Shown: positions 50,187-63,945 of the stretch, in pieces
How positions within the stretch are numbered: position 1 is the first letter of the stretch
How the letters are laid out: each line of letters begins with the position of its first letter
Assembly (NCBI GenBank): GCA_963514005.1
Contig: OY740794.1
Coordinates: 15,686,001-15,750,000 of the forward strand
DNA length: 64,000 nucleotides
Source: Raja brachyura
Lineage: Eukaryota
Direction of reading: 5' to 3'
Position numbers and translations under genes: made by a program
The notes under the pieces: model-generated
What the model saw: only the letters and a program-made list of their open reading frames with translations
Told to the model about the DNA's origin: nothing
The model's database searches: none

Positions 50187-50339
50187 TAACTCTCATTCAA
50201 AGTTACACTGATGATCTTGGATCTTGTTGCACACATAATTGATTCCCACGTTTCAAAAGTAACTATACTTCACATGTGCTTGATTAGCTTTAAACCTCTT
50301 TGGGATATCCTGAAGTAGTGAAAGGAATTTTGTACATTT

Positions 50340-50780
50340 TTAACCATATAACACCATATAACAATTACAGCATGGAAACAGGCCTTCTTGGCCCTTCCAG
50401 TCCGTGCCGACCATTTATTTACCCCTAATCCCATCTATCTGCACTCAGACCATACCCCTCCATTCCCTTCCCGTCCATATACCTATCCACTTTACTTTTA
50501 AATGTTAAAATCGATCCTGCCGCCACCACTTCTGCTGGAAGATCATTCCACACAGCCACCACTCTCTGAGTAAAGAAGTTCCCCCTCATGTTACCCCTAA
50601 ACTTCTGTCCCTTAATTCTCATGTCATGCCCTCTTGTTTGAATCTTCCCTACCCTCAATGGGAAAAGCTTATCCACGTCATTCTGTCTATCCCTTTCATC
50701 ATTTTAAAGACCTCAATCAAGTCCCCCCTTAACCTTCTGCGCTCCAAAGAATAAAGACCTAACTTGTTCAACCTTTCTTT
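50340..50780 (-). mobile_element. CR1-like LINE 3' end, different subfamily
   Basis: TRGHDMRIKG.KF...FFTQRVVAVWNDLP; aaccatat-type tail. Further CR1 3' ends lie at ~50960-51390, 56465-56970 and 57818-58055. Confidence 0.82.
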
Positions 50781-53183
50781 CTTTTATGTAGTAAGGGTTA
50801 AATTCACGGCAATGTTTCTCCAAAGTAAAGTTGAACTCCACTATAGATCCAAGACAAAGATCGCATAACGGGTAGCATTCTCATCCAGCATATGTCTAGA
50901 AAGTAATTATTTTTATTGTCATGCAGATAATACACGTTGTATTTATACGTTCGTGTTCATAAGTTATAGGAGCAGAATTACGCCATTCAGCCCAACAAGT
51001 CTACTCCACCAATCAATAATGGCTTATCTATATTTCCCTCTCAACACCATTCTCCTGCCTTCTCCCAAAACCCCTTGACATCCTCTCCAATCAAGAATAT
51101 ATCAAGCTGTGCCTGAAAAATACCCAGTGACTTGGCCTCCACAGTCAGCTGTGGAATTCACCTCCTCCTCGTCTCCTTTCTAAAGGTACGTCCTTTTATT
51201 CTGAGACCATGGCTTCGTTCTAGACTCCCAATAGTGGAAATATGGTCTCCACATCTACTCTATCCAGACCTTTCATGAGATGGTAGGTTTCAATGAGGTC
51301 CTCCGTCATCCTTCTAAACTCTAGCGACTACAGGCCCAGTGCCGTCAAACACTCATCATATGTTAACCCAATCATTTCTGGGATCATTCTCCGGATGAAT
51401 CACGGGACAACCATGTGAATCATTCCTGGGATCTTTATCTCAGTGATAGACATAACTGTGGGGGGATTGTATTGAAAGGCATCCTGTCCTCTAATATTAG
51501 GGCTGCTATCATTGGGAGGTACAATGGGATAATTAGAGGTGTGTTAGTTTCTGTAGCTCACCTGACATTGTTCTCTTTTTGGACATGCACTCAAGGAATA
51601 GTAGAATCATACACCATGGAAACAGACCCTTTGGTTCTCTGAGTCCATGCAAACCATCAAGCAACCAGCGACAACAATTCTATATGTTTTATTCTCCCTC
51701 CATTCTCATCAACCCCCTTCCCCCGTCCCCAGTGTCTACCACTCACCTGCACAAGGGATAGTTTACAATAGCCAACTAACCTACCCACACTCACTGTTTT
51801 TGGAGGAAACCCACAGGGTCACAGGGAGAACATGCACATTACACACAGACAGCATCAGTGGTCCGGATTGAACTGTGGTCACTGGAGCTGTGAGAGAGCA
51901 GCTCTACCAGCTGTGCCATTGTGCATTGCCAGCTAATCTCTCTCAGTGCTTGAGATCTGCACCATCAGTGAGCTTTGCAGTTGCTGGCAATTGCTCCAGT
52001 GTTGCCTCATTCTGTTACATAAGAACAAATGTGGCTTCTTCCCCAGGGTATCCACTTCACCTCATGCACACTTGGGCTATACTTCACATTATTTTTCACC
52101 AATTTACAAAGCCCCGTTGTACCCAAATTGATCTCACTTGACCCACAAGAGTTGGAATAGAATGTGAAAAACGCTTAAAAGGAGGAAAAGTGTTTGTGTT
52201 GAGCAGATCAATGAGGGTGATACCAGACCAAAAGTGACTCCAATTGATTCCTGATAATCTTGTATTCCAGCTGTAACATAACTCCTGCTTTCGAACCACC
52301 AGGACCAGGCTGGCTAGGATTGGTAGAGATAGATACTTGGTGGCTGGCAGTGAACCGATGGGCCTAGTTCCATGCTGCAGTCCATTCACGACCATAGTTT
52401 TAGTTTTTAGGTTTAGTTTTAGAGATACAGCATAGAAATGCAGATCACCTGTACACACTGGTTCTATGTTATCCTACTTCCTCATCCACACTACACACTA
52501 GGGGCCATTTACAAACTAACCTACAAGCCCGCACGTCTTTTGGATGTGGGAGGAAACCAGAGAACCTGGAGGAAACCCACACGGTCACAGGGAGAATGTG
52601 CAAACTCCCACACAGACAGCATACAAGGTGAGGATCGAACCCAGGTCTCTGGCTGTGTGACACAGCAGTGCTACCTGCTGCACCATCATGCAGATTCCCT
52701 GCATCAGACTAACCTTGGTGAAGTATCGTTTTGTATCATGTGCTGTCTGCTGGCAGCCAGGCACAGACTGAGCTCATTCTTTTCACCACGGCTGTACCAC
52801 CATCACAGATTGTCCTCTCGTCAGTCTGCCATGGACTGTGTGCAGCCAATACTTGCATCAGTGGGCATCTTGCACCCCATATTGCACGCTGATTTTTTTA
52901 TTTGACCCTTGCATACCTTGCATTGCCTGTTTGCCATTACATTAACATAATCTGTGATGATTATCTCAAGTTCGCTGCTGAAGGTAGAAGGTATCTTACT
53001 GCTCAGCAGTAAGTATTTACCATACACTCCAACCTTTGAAGTAGGGTCCCAACTCAAAATGCCGCCTATCCGTCCCCTCCAGAGATGCTGCCTGACCCAC
53101 TGAATTACTCCAGAACTTTGAGTTTTGCTCAAGATTCCAGAAGATTCTCAGGATCCTTGATTCTCTACTTTTCTCTCCTCCAG

Positions 53184-53246
53184 GGTATCCATGGAAAGGA
53201 TGGCCCTCTTGGTGTTCGAGGTGCACCAGGGTGCAATGGCACAAAG
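53184..53246 (+). CDS. COL4A3: Collagen IV exon 6: GIHGKDGPLGVRGAPGCNGTK
   Basis: ctcctccAG acceptor, GTAAGC donor; 63 bp; contains the collagen IV 7S GCNGTK motif. Confidence 0.92.
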
Positions 53247-53928
53247 GTAAGCCTAGCTTGAATATAATAATTTGAGAAAAAAAAGGCAAGTATATGAGTG
53301 AAGTCATGAGCTGCATTGCTCATCATGAGTAGATCTGAATCTACAGTGAAATTTACTGTTGATTGGATAGACCTGAAAGAGCCAAAGGAGTCAAGATTAT
53401 TTAATTGCCATCTGCATTGGGACCGGATCAATTAAATATTTACTTTAAAGCTACATTACTTGGAACAACTCAATAAATAAACATGTGATAAATTATCAGT
53501 TATACTAGATAGACCAAGCCATACAAACCAAAGTATGTAATGCAGCCTGATATGGACTCCACAGTAGTTTGGTACCAAGGGTCGTGATTTTGAGTTGTGC
53601 AAGGTGGTTCAGGAGCCTGATAGTTGATGGGAAGAAGCTGTTCTTAAATCTGGAGGTTACATTTCTCAGGCTTCTGAAGCTTCTTCCCGATGATAACAGC
53701 AATGTAAGAGTATCACCAGGGTGTTTTGGGTCTTTGATGATATTAGCTGCCTTCTTGGGGCACAGCTTGCTGTAGATGACCTTCAGTGATGGGGAAGTCA
53801 ATGCCTGTGATGGTCCTGGCAAAGTCCACCACTTTCTGCAGCCTCCTTTGCTCTTGGGAATTCGAGTTACTGAACAATTCCAAACCTTACTGGATGCAAG
53901 CCACCAATGCATGTTTCTATTTTTACAG

Positions 53929-53982
53929 GGTGATCCTGGTCTTCCAGGAATTTCTGGGTCAGACGGACATCAAGGAATTCAG
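53929..53982 (+). CDS. COL4A3: Collagen IV exon 7: GDPGLPGISGSDGHQGIQ
   Basis: ttttacAG acceptor, GTGCGT donor; 54 bp. Confidence 0.9.
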
Positions 53983-55565
53983 GTGCGTATTTCCAAATGA
54001 TTAGTAAGGACAAATGTTCTCACCTTGGTTGCTCTCACTTTCTAAAGTGCGCCAGGTTTCTTCTCTGCAGACAACATAGGATCAGTGAATTATTGCAGCA
54101 CATAATGGAGGCCATTCACCCCCTCCATTACATGCCAAGTCCTACTAGCAACCTCGTCAGTCCCATTCTCTTGGCCCTGCTAATTGTTTGCTGTCAAGTT
54201 CTATTTGCTTGCCTTCTGACAATGCTGATTGATTCTGTTTCCACCAACCCCCATAGGCAGTGAATTCTAGGTCATAGCCATGGTACTCTCTGCTTTGTTC
54301 CCCCTGTAGCTTGTGACCATAGTTTAAGCCTTTGTCTCATCCTTCTCTAAAACCATCCACAAACAGCTTCTCCCCAACTATCCTAACTGTTGTGATCTTG
54401 CACATCTCTACCAACGCTCCCCTCAATGTTCTTTACTCCAAGGTGGACAACCCTGGCATCCCCAGTTCTGGCCTGACTAGTTTGTCGTAGAAGGAGTAGA
54501 CAGAAGGCTCGGCATCAGGCCAAGAGTTGAGAGCCATTGGGTTTCGGATAGTCTGACATGCCCCTTAAAGTGCTACCCTTCTGATTGCAGAAATGTGATC
54601 TTCTGTGTGATATTTAGACCAGGTGATGCCAGATCAGAAGCCTGCGTTCAATCTCTCCTAATCCTTATAGCAATTTCCTTCAGAGACAATTAAAATGGGG
54701 AGAGGGGTAAAGCAACCTGTTCACTCATCATTCTCCATTTTGCACTTCTGCACAGTCAAATTCACTCCCAATCACTTCTAACCAAACAAGAACTATGGAA
54801 GTAAACCCTCGTTTTTACGGTCTCTTTGTAACGGATTTGGGTTATAGTGGACGGACTTGCTGATGCCATCCCCTGCCCGCATCGCCTCCCCGCTGCTTCT
54901 ACGCAGGGCCTACTATCACCGGCCCACACAGTTTCCTTGGCTGCTTCCAGGCTGTGCCTTCTGCCGCCACCTCCATCCCTTACCAGCACTCCGGCCACCA
55001 ATGCCTCCACCAATCCTCACCTCTCCCCCGGCCTCCACCAGGCCGGGGCCGTCAACTCACCTGGATTCCAGGCCCCGAGAAGAAGGGTCACAACCCGTAA
55101 CGTCACCTCTCCATGTTTTTCAGAGGCTGCCGGACCTGCTGAGTTATTCCAGCACTTTTGTGTCCTTTTGTGTATTAATGAGCATCTGCACTTGTGTGTT
55201 TCTGCTGCTTATACAATGATAATTCCTTCCTCGGTTTTTGTGGACAATCGGCAATAACGGACACCATTCCTACCCGTTCCCTATGGTCTGTTATAACAAG
55301 TTTATACTGTGTTACTATTTCCAACTGGATTTGGGAGAGCAATCAATATTCACACGCAAGATAATATTGTCTGTACTTTCATGCACTGACTGATAGTCGA
55401 CATAAATAACACACTGTAACAATGAAGAAAATGTGGATACAGTATATCGACCTTCAAAAAGTTGCATCGCAGCCTGAATCTTACTGAACTATTCTATACT
55501 GTTCAAAGGGTTTTCAGCTTTATCTTAAAACTTGACTTGTACTCCTCTAATTATTTTTTTAACAG

Positions 55566-55592
55566 GGACCTCCAGGGTTTCCAGGTCAAAAG
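55566..55592 (+). CDS. COL4A3: Collagen IV exon 8: GPPGFPGQK
   Basis: tttttaacAG acceptor, GTATGT donor; 27 bp, the size expected for exon 8 of the alpha1/3/5 class. Confidence 0.88.
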
Positions 55593-57308
55593 GTATGTTG
55601 AAAATTATAAAGACTGTAGATAAAGACATGGAAATCTGAAATAAAAGCGGAAAACACACAAAAAAAACACAGTCAGCATCTGTGGAAAGAGAAAGAGAGT
55701 TATTATATCAGGTCAAAGACCCTTTGTCAGAACTGGAAAGAGCCAAAATAGGTTAAGTTTAATTTGTAGAGAAAGTGAAGAAGAGATAGATGGGACAGGG
55801 GAAGTGTCTGATCTGGTAAGGCCAGGATTGGTAAATATTCATAATAAAAAGCAAGGTGTGAAAGATAGGGCTGTAGGGCAGGCGCAACAAGACCCTTGGT
55901 GCCAATGCAGAAAGGGAAAGTGAGCTATTGTCACAGATGGATGACTCGCAGTAGAAATGGCCAAAAGGGAGTTACTTCAATTGTGAAATTTGATTTGTGT
56001 GTGAAACCTGCTATATGTCCAGAACAAAGCTGAGGTGCTGTTCTTCAATCTTACGTTGGACCTCATTGCAACAGAGTATAAGACTAGAGGCAAGTAGGTC
56101 AAAGTGGGCTGGAGAATTAAAGTGACATATGTGTTTTTTCACTATAACGCGATGCTAAATCTTCCCCTTGATTTACCTTCATACACCTAAAGAGGGAGCT
56201 GCATAACCTAGAATGCAAGCAAAATTCTCACAGAGCCATATGTAGTCTGAAATATTCTTTTCACTTTACTTTGATCAAATAATTTTTGTCAGTGATTTCT
56301 AGCATGAATTGTAGTGAAGATAAATGCCCATACACTTCGAAAGTGAGAGTAAATGTTCAGACAGAGCAGAAGTGAGAATCAATGTTCACGCACCTTTTAA
56401 AATTGGGGCAGCAATCAATATTTGCACACAAAATAATCATGTGCAGACTAATAGTCGGGAGATAACATAGAACGTGGAACAGTACAGCACAGGAACAGGC
56501 TCTTTGGCCACAATGTGTGTACTGAACATGTGGCACAGCGGTAGAGTTGCTGCCTTATAGCACCTGAGACCTGGGTTCAATCCTGACTACGGATTCTGTC
56601 TGTGCGGAGTTTGTACGTTCTCCATGTGACCGTGTGGGATTTTCCCAAGTGCTTCGGTTTCCTCCCACACTCCAAAGATGTACAGATTTGTAGGTTAATT
56701 GGCTTTGGTAAAATAAATTGTAAATATCCCTCGTGTGTAGGGTGGTGCTCGTGTACGGGTGATCGCTGGTCGGCGCAGAATCGGTGGGCCGAAGGCACTG
56801 TTTCCATGCTGTATGACTAAAGTCGAAAAGAACATGATGTCAAGATAAACTGATCTCATCTGCCTGCACTTGACCCATATCCCTCCATTCCCTGCATATC
56901 CACATGCCCATCTAAATGCCTCTAAAGCCTCTTATCGTATCGGCCTCCACTACTCTCCCGGCAATGCATCCATAGTGTAACAATGAAGGAAAAGTGAATA
57001 TGTCGACCATAAGTTGTTGCTTTTCGAAACATCTGTTGCCAACTGGAGTCCACATTTTGGGAGGCAAGACAGTTTTGCATGGATTCATTTTGTCTCTATA
57101 TAGAATTATATATAGAATTATAATTAGATAAGTAACAATCATGCATTTAGTTAAAGTTGTAAATTATATAATGGGGCGATGTATAATATAAAATTATGAC
57201 TTATTCACATATGGCTATGTTGTCACCATTTGCCTATCAGGGCATGAGGTGCATGAGGAATGTCAATGCCATTAGCAGTTTAAGTGTCCCATGTGTGTAT
57301 TCCTCAAG

Positions 57309-57386
57309 GGTGAACCACCTCAGAACACACTGGTGAATCCAGGAGAGAAAGGACACCATGGAGCAGTGGGTCCCCAAGGAATCCAA
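57309..57386 (+). CDS. COL4A3: Collagen IV exon 9, containing the first helix interruption: GEPPQNTLVNPGEKGHHGAVGPQGIQ
   Basis: tcctcaAG acceptor, GTAAGA donor; 78 bp, matching recalled human COL4A3 exon 9. Confidence 0.88.
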
Positions 57387-60300
57387 GTAAGACTATTTTG
57401 CCTACGTGTTTATTGACATCAGGTGTTTGATTAATAAAATGAGGTTGACTATTTGAGAGATATAAAAACAATCTGCCACCATAGATTGATGCCATGGGGT
57501 TCGGACTGATTTACAACTTTTGATTTACAGTCCATAAAGTACAATGACAGATGCAACACAGATTAACTCCTTTTATTTACTAGCAGCTTCTCTTCATTGA
57601 GCTATGGGCCTGAAATTGCTGGGATTATTATGACACACCACTTGTGGTGTTTAGTTCATTACCATCACAGATGGCAAAGAGATACTCCCTATGTTCTCAT
57701 TTGCAACATGACTTCCACGTCTCTCCCACTAGTCCCATCAAAATCATGCCCAGCTGCAAAATAACTGGATTTGTGGTATAAAAATTACATAAATCATTCC
57801 CATTGCTCCCATTCAAGGGAAACATAGAAACATAGAAAATAGATGCAGGAGGCCATTCAGCCCTTTGAGACAGCACCGCCATTCATTGTGATCATGGCTG
57901 ATCGTCCCCTATCAATAACCCGTGCCTGCCTTCTCCCCATATCCCTTGACTCCACTAGCCCCTAGAGCTCTATCTAACTCTCTCATAAATCCATCCAGTG
58001 ACTTGGCCTCCACTGCCCTTTGTGGCAGGGAATTCCATAAATTCACAACTCTCTGTACGGAAGTATTAATGTAATGGTTAACGAAATTGGCATGGCCCCT
58101 CACCCCTGCATGTCCATAAACAAACCTTCATTATAGCAAAGATAGACACAAAAATCTGGAGTGTGTCTATCTTCGGTTTAAACCAGCATCTGCAGTTCCT
58201 TCCTACATCATTATAGCTGTTGGGGAATGTACTCATATATTTTCTTATGAGAATTGTGTTTTGGGTTGGGTTTGCATTTTGTGTTTTCCTCTTTGTATTG
58301 GGTTAGATCTTATAGGGTAACGTCTGTCATTTATCCGGATAAGTGTCACCAAGTCTGGGATCCAAACTCAAACCAACCAAACTCAAACCGCTCTCTGGCA
58401 TTGATTTCCTGAACAACGCACGGACTTAGCTCGTGCAGCTGCCCATAGCAAACGTGTGACAGATCCCCAGTACTTTGCTGGGGAATCTGCCCACTCAACC
58501 TACACCAGGTTGAATCTAACACAGAAACAATACCTTCAGCTCCGAGAAAGGAAGTATTATGTACAATACTTATTTTGATATACCTAGCTTTGGTTACCTG
58601 ATTATAAAATGTTCTCTGGTTTCCTCCCTCACTCCAAAGACATACAGGTTTGTAGGTAAATTGGCTTCGGTAAAAATTGTAAATTGTCCCCAGTATGTGG
58701 GATAGTGCGAGTGTGTGGGGGTTGCTGGCCAGCGAAGATCGGTGGGCCGCAAGGCCTGTTTCCGCACTGTATCGCTGAAGTAAACTGAACTAAAAAGCAA
58801 CTTTCTGAACATCTGAAAAGTAGATAATAGTTGGCTGTTATATTCTTTTCAGATGTTTCTCAGGTGGAGCTTGTTTGGCCTCTATCAACCTCTGACCCTT
58901 TCACCCTAAGTACAGTAATTGCATCATGTTGTGTCAGGTCCAGGTACACTGCAGGATTGTGCTGGCTTCAGGTCACAACAGTAGATTAACCTACCACGAG
59001 GGTCACCTTGCAAGCATGGGGGACTTGCAATTGCAGGACATTCTGAGCCATTAATTTTCAGGGTGGAAAACATCTTTAACGTTTTCATAGAAACGAAAAT
59101 GTAATGGATTTTGGTTGCAAGTAATATGTTATAATGCTATTTATAAATACTTTCAGACCAAACATAGTGAGTGCAGTGGTTTACTCAAAGTTCCCAAAGG
59201 TCTTCTTTGTTTTCTTGTGTCAAAACCAGTTGTAAACTAATTAATAGAGATTCTTTTTAGTTGAGTCAAGAAAGTCAGGAGTCAAGGGGGTTTTATTGTC
59301 ATATGTCCTGAAACAGAAGAAATTCAGACTTGCAGCAGCACAACAGATAAGTAAACATACTGTAGTACCCCATGAACAATATAATAAACAGCAATAAGTT
59401 ATATATATATATGTATATAAACTACTACAACTACTACTACTAATAATAATAATAATAATATACAGCTAGTTATGAATTCAAGTCATTATATGTTGTGACT
59501 AACCAGATTGTATCAGTGGGACAAGATGGGCCTTGGTTTCAATGGATGTTTCTGATTATGAAGGATAAGACTCCTGGGTGAAGAATTTGTATATATTTCA
59601 CACATTAAATCTCACATTCAGGCAGAATTTCTCAATGAACAGAACAGTCATTCTCAAATACAGACGAGTTATAATATCCTCCTCTTACCTTAACGTTACC
59701 TTAACGTTCTCAATGTGTCCATATTGCAGACTACACTTTCCATACTGGTGGGGGGAGCGGTTGTGGAATACTCACAGATGCTGTGATATTTGGGCCCATT
59801 CACCGTCTGCAGTGGTTTTCTCGTTGAATCTAGTGGAGTAGGCAGCTGGCTTTGCCAAAGACCACCCACCCAAGAGAAGGAATTTTGATCAGGGTCCATT
59901 GATATTATGGTTGCTATACACTGACTAGACCAGGACTATACACTGGCATCCATGGTTCTGGACCACTGATCTTAGTTACTACTGTGGGATTTGAACTTGT
60001 TTCCCAAGGTCAGTGGTCCAGAACCACGGATGCCAGTCAAGTAGCAACCAGAATATCACTGGACTGTGAAATCTTCCTTTTATTGTTGGAGCTGCTCTGT
60101 TGCAAACAAGTGGGAAGCATTCTTGCATACTCCTGATGTGTCTTTTGTGTAAATAGCTGCCCGATATCACCCAAAGCTAGTTTAGGTTAGTTTAGCTTAG
60201 ATTAGTTTTGTTTAGTTTAGTTTATTATTGCCACATGTCCCAATGTACATGTAAAAAGCTTTTTTGTTGCGTGCTATCCAGTCAATGAAAAGACTCGACA

Positions 60301-60708
60301 TGATTTCAATCAAGGCATCCACAATGTACGGATACAGGATACAGCATATAATGTTTAGTGGAAGATAAAGTCCAGTAACGTCCAATCAAAGATAGTTTGA
60401 AGTTCTCCAAAAGGTAGATGGGGGGTCAGGACCACTCTCTAGTTGGGGAGAGGACGGTTCAGATGCCCGATAACCGCTGGAAAGAATTTGTCCCTGGATA
60501 TGGAGGTGTGCATTTTCACACTTCTGTACCTCTTACCTGATGGGAGAGGGTAGAAGAGGAAGTGACCGGGGTGAGACTGATCCTTGATTATGCTGGTGGC
60601 CTTGCTGAGGCAGCATGAACTAAATTATAAACTAAATTATTTTATAATCAATAGTCCAAATACATTTTGCAAATGAACATGCTCAGTCTATGAATGATTT
60701 ACTTTAAG

Positions 60709-60762
60709 GGTGATCCAGGAAACCCCGGATGGCGTGGACCCATTGGACCTCCAGGTCCCCAG
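60709..60762 (+). CDS. COL4A3: Collagen IV exon 10: GDPGNPGWRGPIGPPGPQ
   Basis: ctttaAG acceptor, GTGAGT donor; 54 bp Gly-X-Y. Confidence 0.88.
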
Positions 60763-63217
60763 GTGAGTATCTCTCCTCTCTGTGTAAAAGATCTATTAAA
60801 CCTGAATTATTAAGCTGATGGCGAATGTTGATAACTTGCATTGATGCAAGTATCACTGATGAGAGCCATCCCCACTCACACAATGGCATTGCGTCATTAG
60901 AAGAGCCAGACCTCTGTATTCTGCTGATGAGTCTGGGGATTCCCCGAATATATCTATATTAGCACATGGCCGAGGAATACAATTCGTAATGAAAAGTTAG
61001 TCTTGGATTTTACACAATGGGAAAACCCCAAGCAAATCAGTCAAAAAGATCAACACTACTGCCCAAGGAAATGGATTAATTCTACACACACAAGGACTCA
61101 AACCAGGGATGTTGTAAATCTTTTGGGGTCCACCGATTTCATTTGCTACAAAAGAAAGGAATAAATAACCCCTTTCATTTCAGGTTGAAGATAGTTTGGA
61201 AGAGAAAGAGATGTGCACCAAGATCGACAAACATTGTAAACTCATGGTGTGGGAACGTTGGGCGGAAGGGGGGAGTAATTACCTGAGATCTGGGCATTTG
61301 CAGGGAGAGCTTCAGGGTGGCACAGTGGTACATTGATATTTGGAGACATTGTAGTTGAGCTCTGAGTTTATCCTGCTGTTTAATGGGATTTCAACATTGG
61401 TGGACCTTCAGGGGCAGTCTGGATGGGTGTAACTATTGGAGACTATTGCTGACAGTGAGAGACAATTGGGAATGGTGTGACTGAAGTTTCTGCCAGAATC
61501 ACATTCATCAGCAGAATTGCCAGAACAAGCTCAGCATCTATCAGCCAACCAAGGTACATGTGATGAGTTAGTGTGCAGACCGTTCTCGGGCAGGGAACTG
61601 CACGGAGAAGGGAATCACTGTTGGCTCAAGTAAGATTTGTAAAAGCATGTAAAGCATTCAGAATTAAACCAAAATGATTTTTTTTTTTTTTTTAAAGCTA
61701 CATTTGCTGGAAAGCTAAAATTAAAACAGTAAATCTCAGAGAAACTCAGAGGTCAGGCAGCCCCCATGCAAAGACAAACAGTCAATGTATTGGGTCTGTG
61801 ACCTTTTACAGAATAAAACCTACTTCAGCCGATTAAAAATGTAACCCTTTCTTTGCATAGTCTGAAGTGCCTTCTGCTGCCCATGTTTTACCACGTAACT
61901 ATAATTGTCAGCTAACCATTTCAGTATTTAGTGCTTTGGATCAGGACCCTTCAGTGAAGAAAGCTCCCGGTCCAAAACTTGCCTGTCCATTTACCACCAG
62001 AAATGCTGACTGACCCGCTGAGTAATTCTTCAGTAAACCTTCAATGATGAAGGGCCCAGATCCATAATGTCTCCTGTCCATTCCCTTCAGAGATGCTGCA
62101 CGATCCGGTGAGTTACTCCTGCACTGTGTCTCACTCAGGATTCCATCATTCGCAGTTCCTTGTGGCTCCATTTTTACAATAAAACTAGTTTCCATAAGAA
62201 AATATCTTAGTGCATTGGCTATTAATAACTGATTGAATATTATACAACTGTAACAGGTTAAAGTGGTGATTTTTGTAATTAGAAAAATTAGGCTGTAATT
62301 AAAGGTATTAAGAAATGGCACAGTGGGCAGTGTGGTGATGTATTCCTTCACAGCTCCCTGGGAGCTGGGTTCGAATCTGACATTGGGTGTTAGCTGCATT
62401 TAGTTTGCATGTGACTGCATTGATTTCTGGCAGGCACTTTAAGTTTTCTCCCACATCTCAAAGATATGGTGATCAGTTAACTGGCTACTGTAAATTCCTC
62501 CTAATGATGGCAGGGGAATCAGAGGGTGGTAGATGGGGGAGGGGATGGTGATATGTATGCAAAAGTGAGTGTGGCACTTAATGCCACTGATGGGTCTGTT
62601 CTGAAAGCCAGGATGGACTCATGGGTTGAATGGCCTCATATATCACTAGAAATATGAGAAATTAATAAATATATCAACAACTGCTTCTCAGCAGAAGCCA
62701 GGCTCAGAATTATGAGAAATAACAGAACATTTTGAGATCTCAATATTCTTTGAATAAAACTGAAAACCAAAAACTGAGAAACTGCAAACGATTTCTAAAT
62801 GAATCACTTTCATTGCTTTTTCATATATTTAGAACAAACAATTCTACAAATGTTGAAAGATGTTTTTTTTCACTAAAAATAAACTTTATTTAGAAAAAAT
62901 ATATAACATATATACATACAGAACAAGAACAGTGCAAAAACTCTTGTGACATTCTCAGTGACTCCATATCTATTTGTGGCATATTCGGTAGTGTTCACAA
63001 ACTATCTTTAAACCAGGCACCCTTGCATTCATGTGGCCCCTTGGAGTGATATCCCTCCCTTCCCTTGCATGAGGGGTGACCCCAAAGTTGAAATATGTTA
63101 TGCATTTAACTTAAGCCTTGATGTGATTGATCAGCAAAGCTCGAGTGGCCTTGTGGTCCAAGTCCTTTCTGTTTCCTTTTGCCTTTCGACTGTGCTGACC
63201 ACTTTATTTTCCTTCAG

Positions 63218-63253
63218 GGTCTGACAGGACCACCTGGCCATCCAGGTCCAAAG
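63218..63253 (+). CDS. COL4A3: Collagen IV exon 11: GLTGPPGHPGPK
   Basis: ttttccttcAG acceptor, GTACGA donor; 36 bp. Confidence 0.9.
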
Positions 63254-63355
63254 GTACGATTTTTGGAACTAGTTCTGCTACTTTCGCTGCTGTTTAAAAT
63301 ATTATTTTAAAAGCTCCAATAAAATAGATGTCATCTTCAACTCTTCTTCATGCAG

Positions 63356-63397
63356 GGCAACATGGGATTGTTCTTCGTGGGTTCGAAAGGTGACAAG
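63356..63397 (+). CDS. COL4A3: Collagen IV exon 12: GNMGLFFVGSKGDK
   Basis: catgcAG acceptor, GTAAGA donor; 42 bp; G(N/Q/H)MG..KG.K pattern of exon 12 in the alpha1/3/5 class. Confidence 0.9.
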
Positions 63398-63627
63398 GTA
63401 AGAAAGGGTCAAGTATGATTAGTTGCGTTGATATCATGCATATTTAGGCAGACAATTAGTAGAGGTAGGGTCTTTTGAGAACTGTGTCACTGATTGATTC
63501 TTTACCTGCAATGTAATACGTTTTTTTAATAATACTTAAGTAATTCCGCTAAGTATTGGTGCTTTCTTGCAAGGCATTCCTCAGTTTTTGACTACATCTG
63601 ATAAGTTGATTCCCATGTTGGAAACAG

Positions 63628-63699
63628 GGTGCGAAAGGTGCTCCTGGACCGGTTTACCGGCAAGAACGCCGTCCAACCATTATTGAGAAAGGACCGAAG
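63628..63699 (+). CDS. COL4A3: Collagen IV exon 13 with interruption: GAKGAPGPVYRQERRPTIIEKGPK
   Basis: aaacAG acceptor, GTAGGC donor; 72 bp, phase 0. Confidence 0.82.
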
Positions 63700-63945
63700 G
63701 TAGGCTTGACTTTTATTGCACCAATTCATTTATTGACTCTCCTTGTCCATCTTGTCTCATTTAGCATCTGGTTTGCATGCCAGTACAAATTGTTTATTTG
63801 TTATTTTTAGCTCCAGACATGACTTGTTCATTGTCGCAGTTTTAACCATGACTGAAGCTGAATAATTGATGAAAGAAAGAAATGCATTTATGTACAGACA
63901 TCATTTGATATCAACACATTTATGATAAACGTCTTTCTTGAACAG

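Noticed and set aside
58317-58560. Short hairpin cagatccccag...ctggggaatctg in unassigned sequence
   Set aside because: Too short and lacking termini or a second copy in the window to call a feature.
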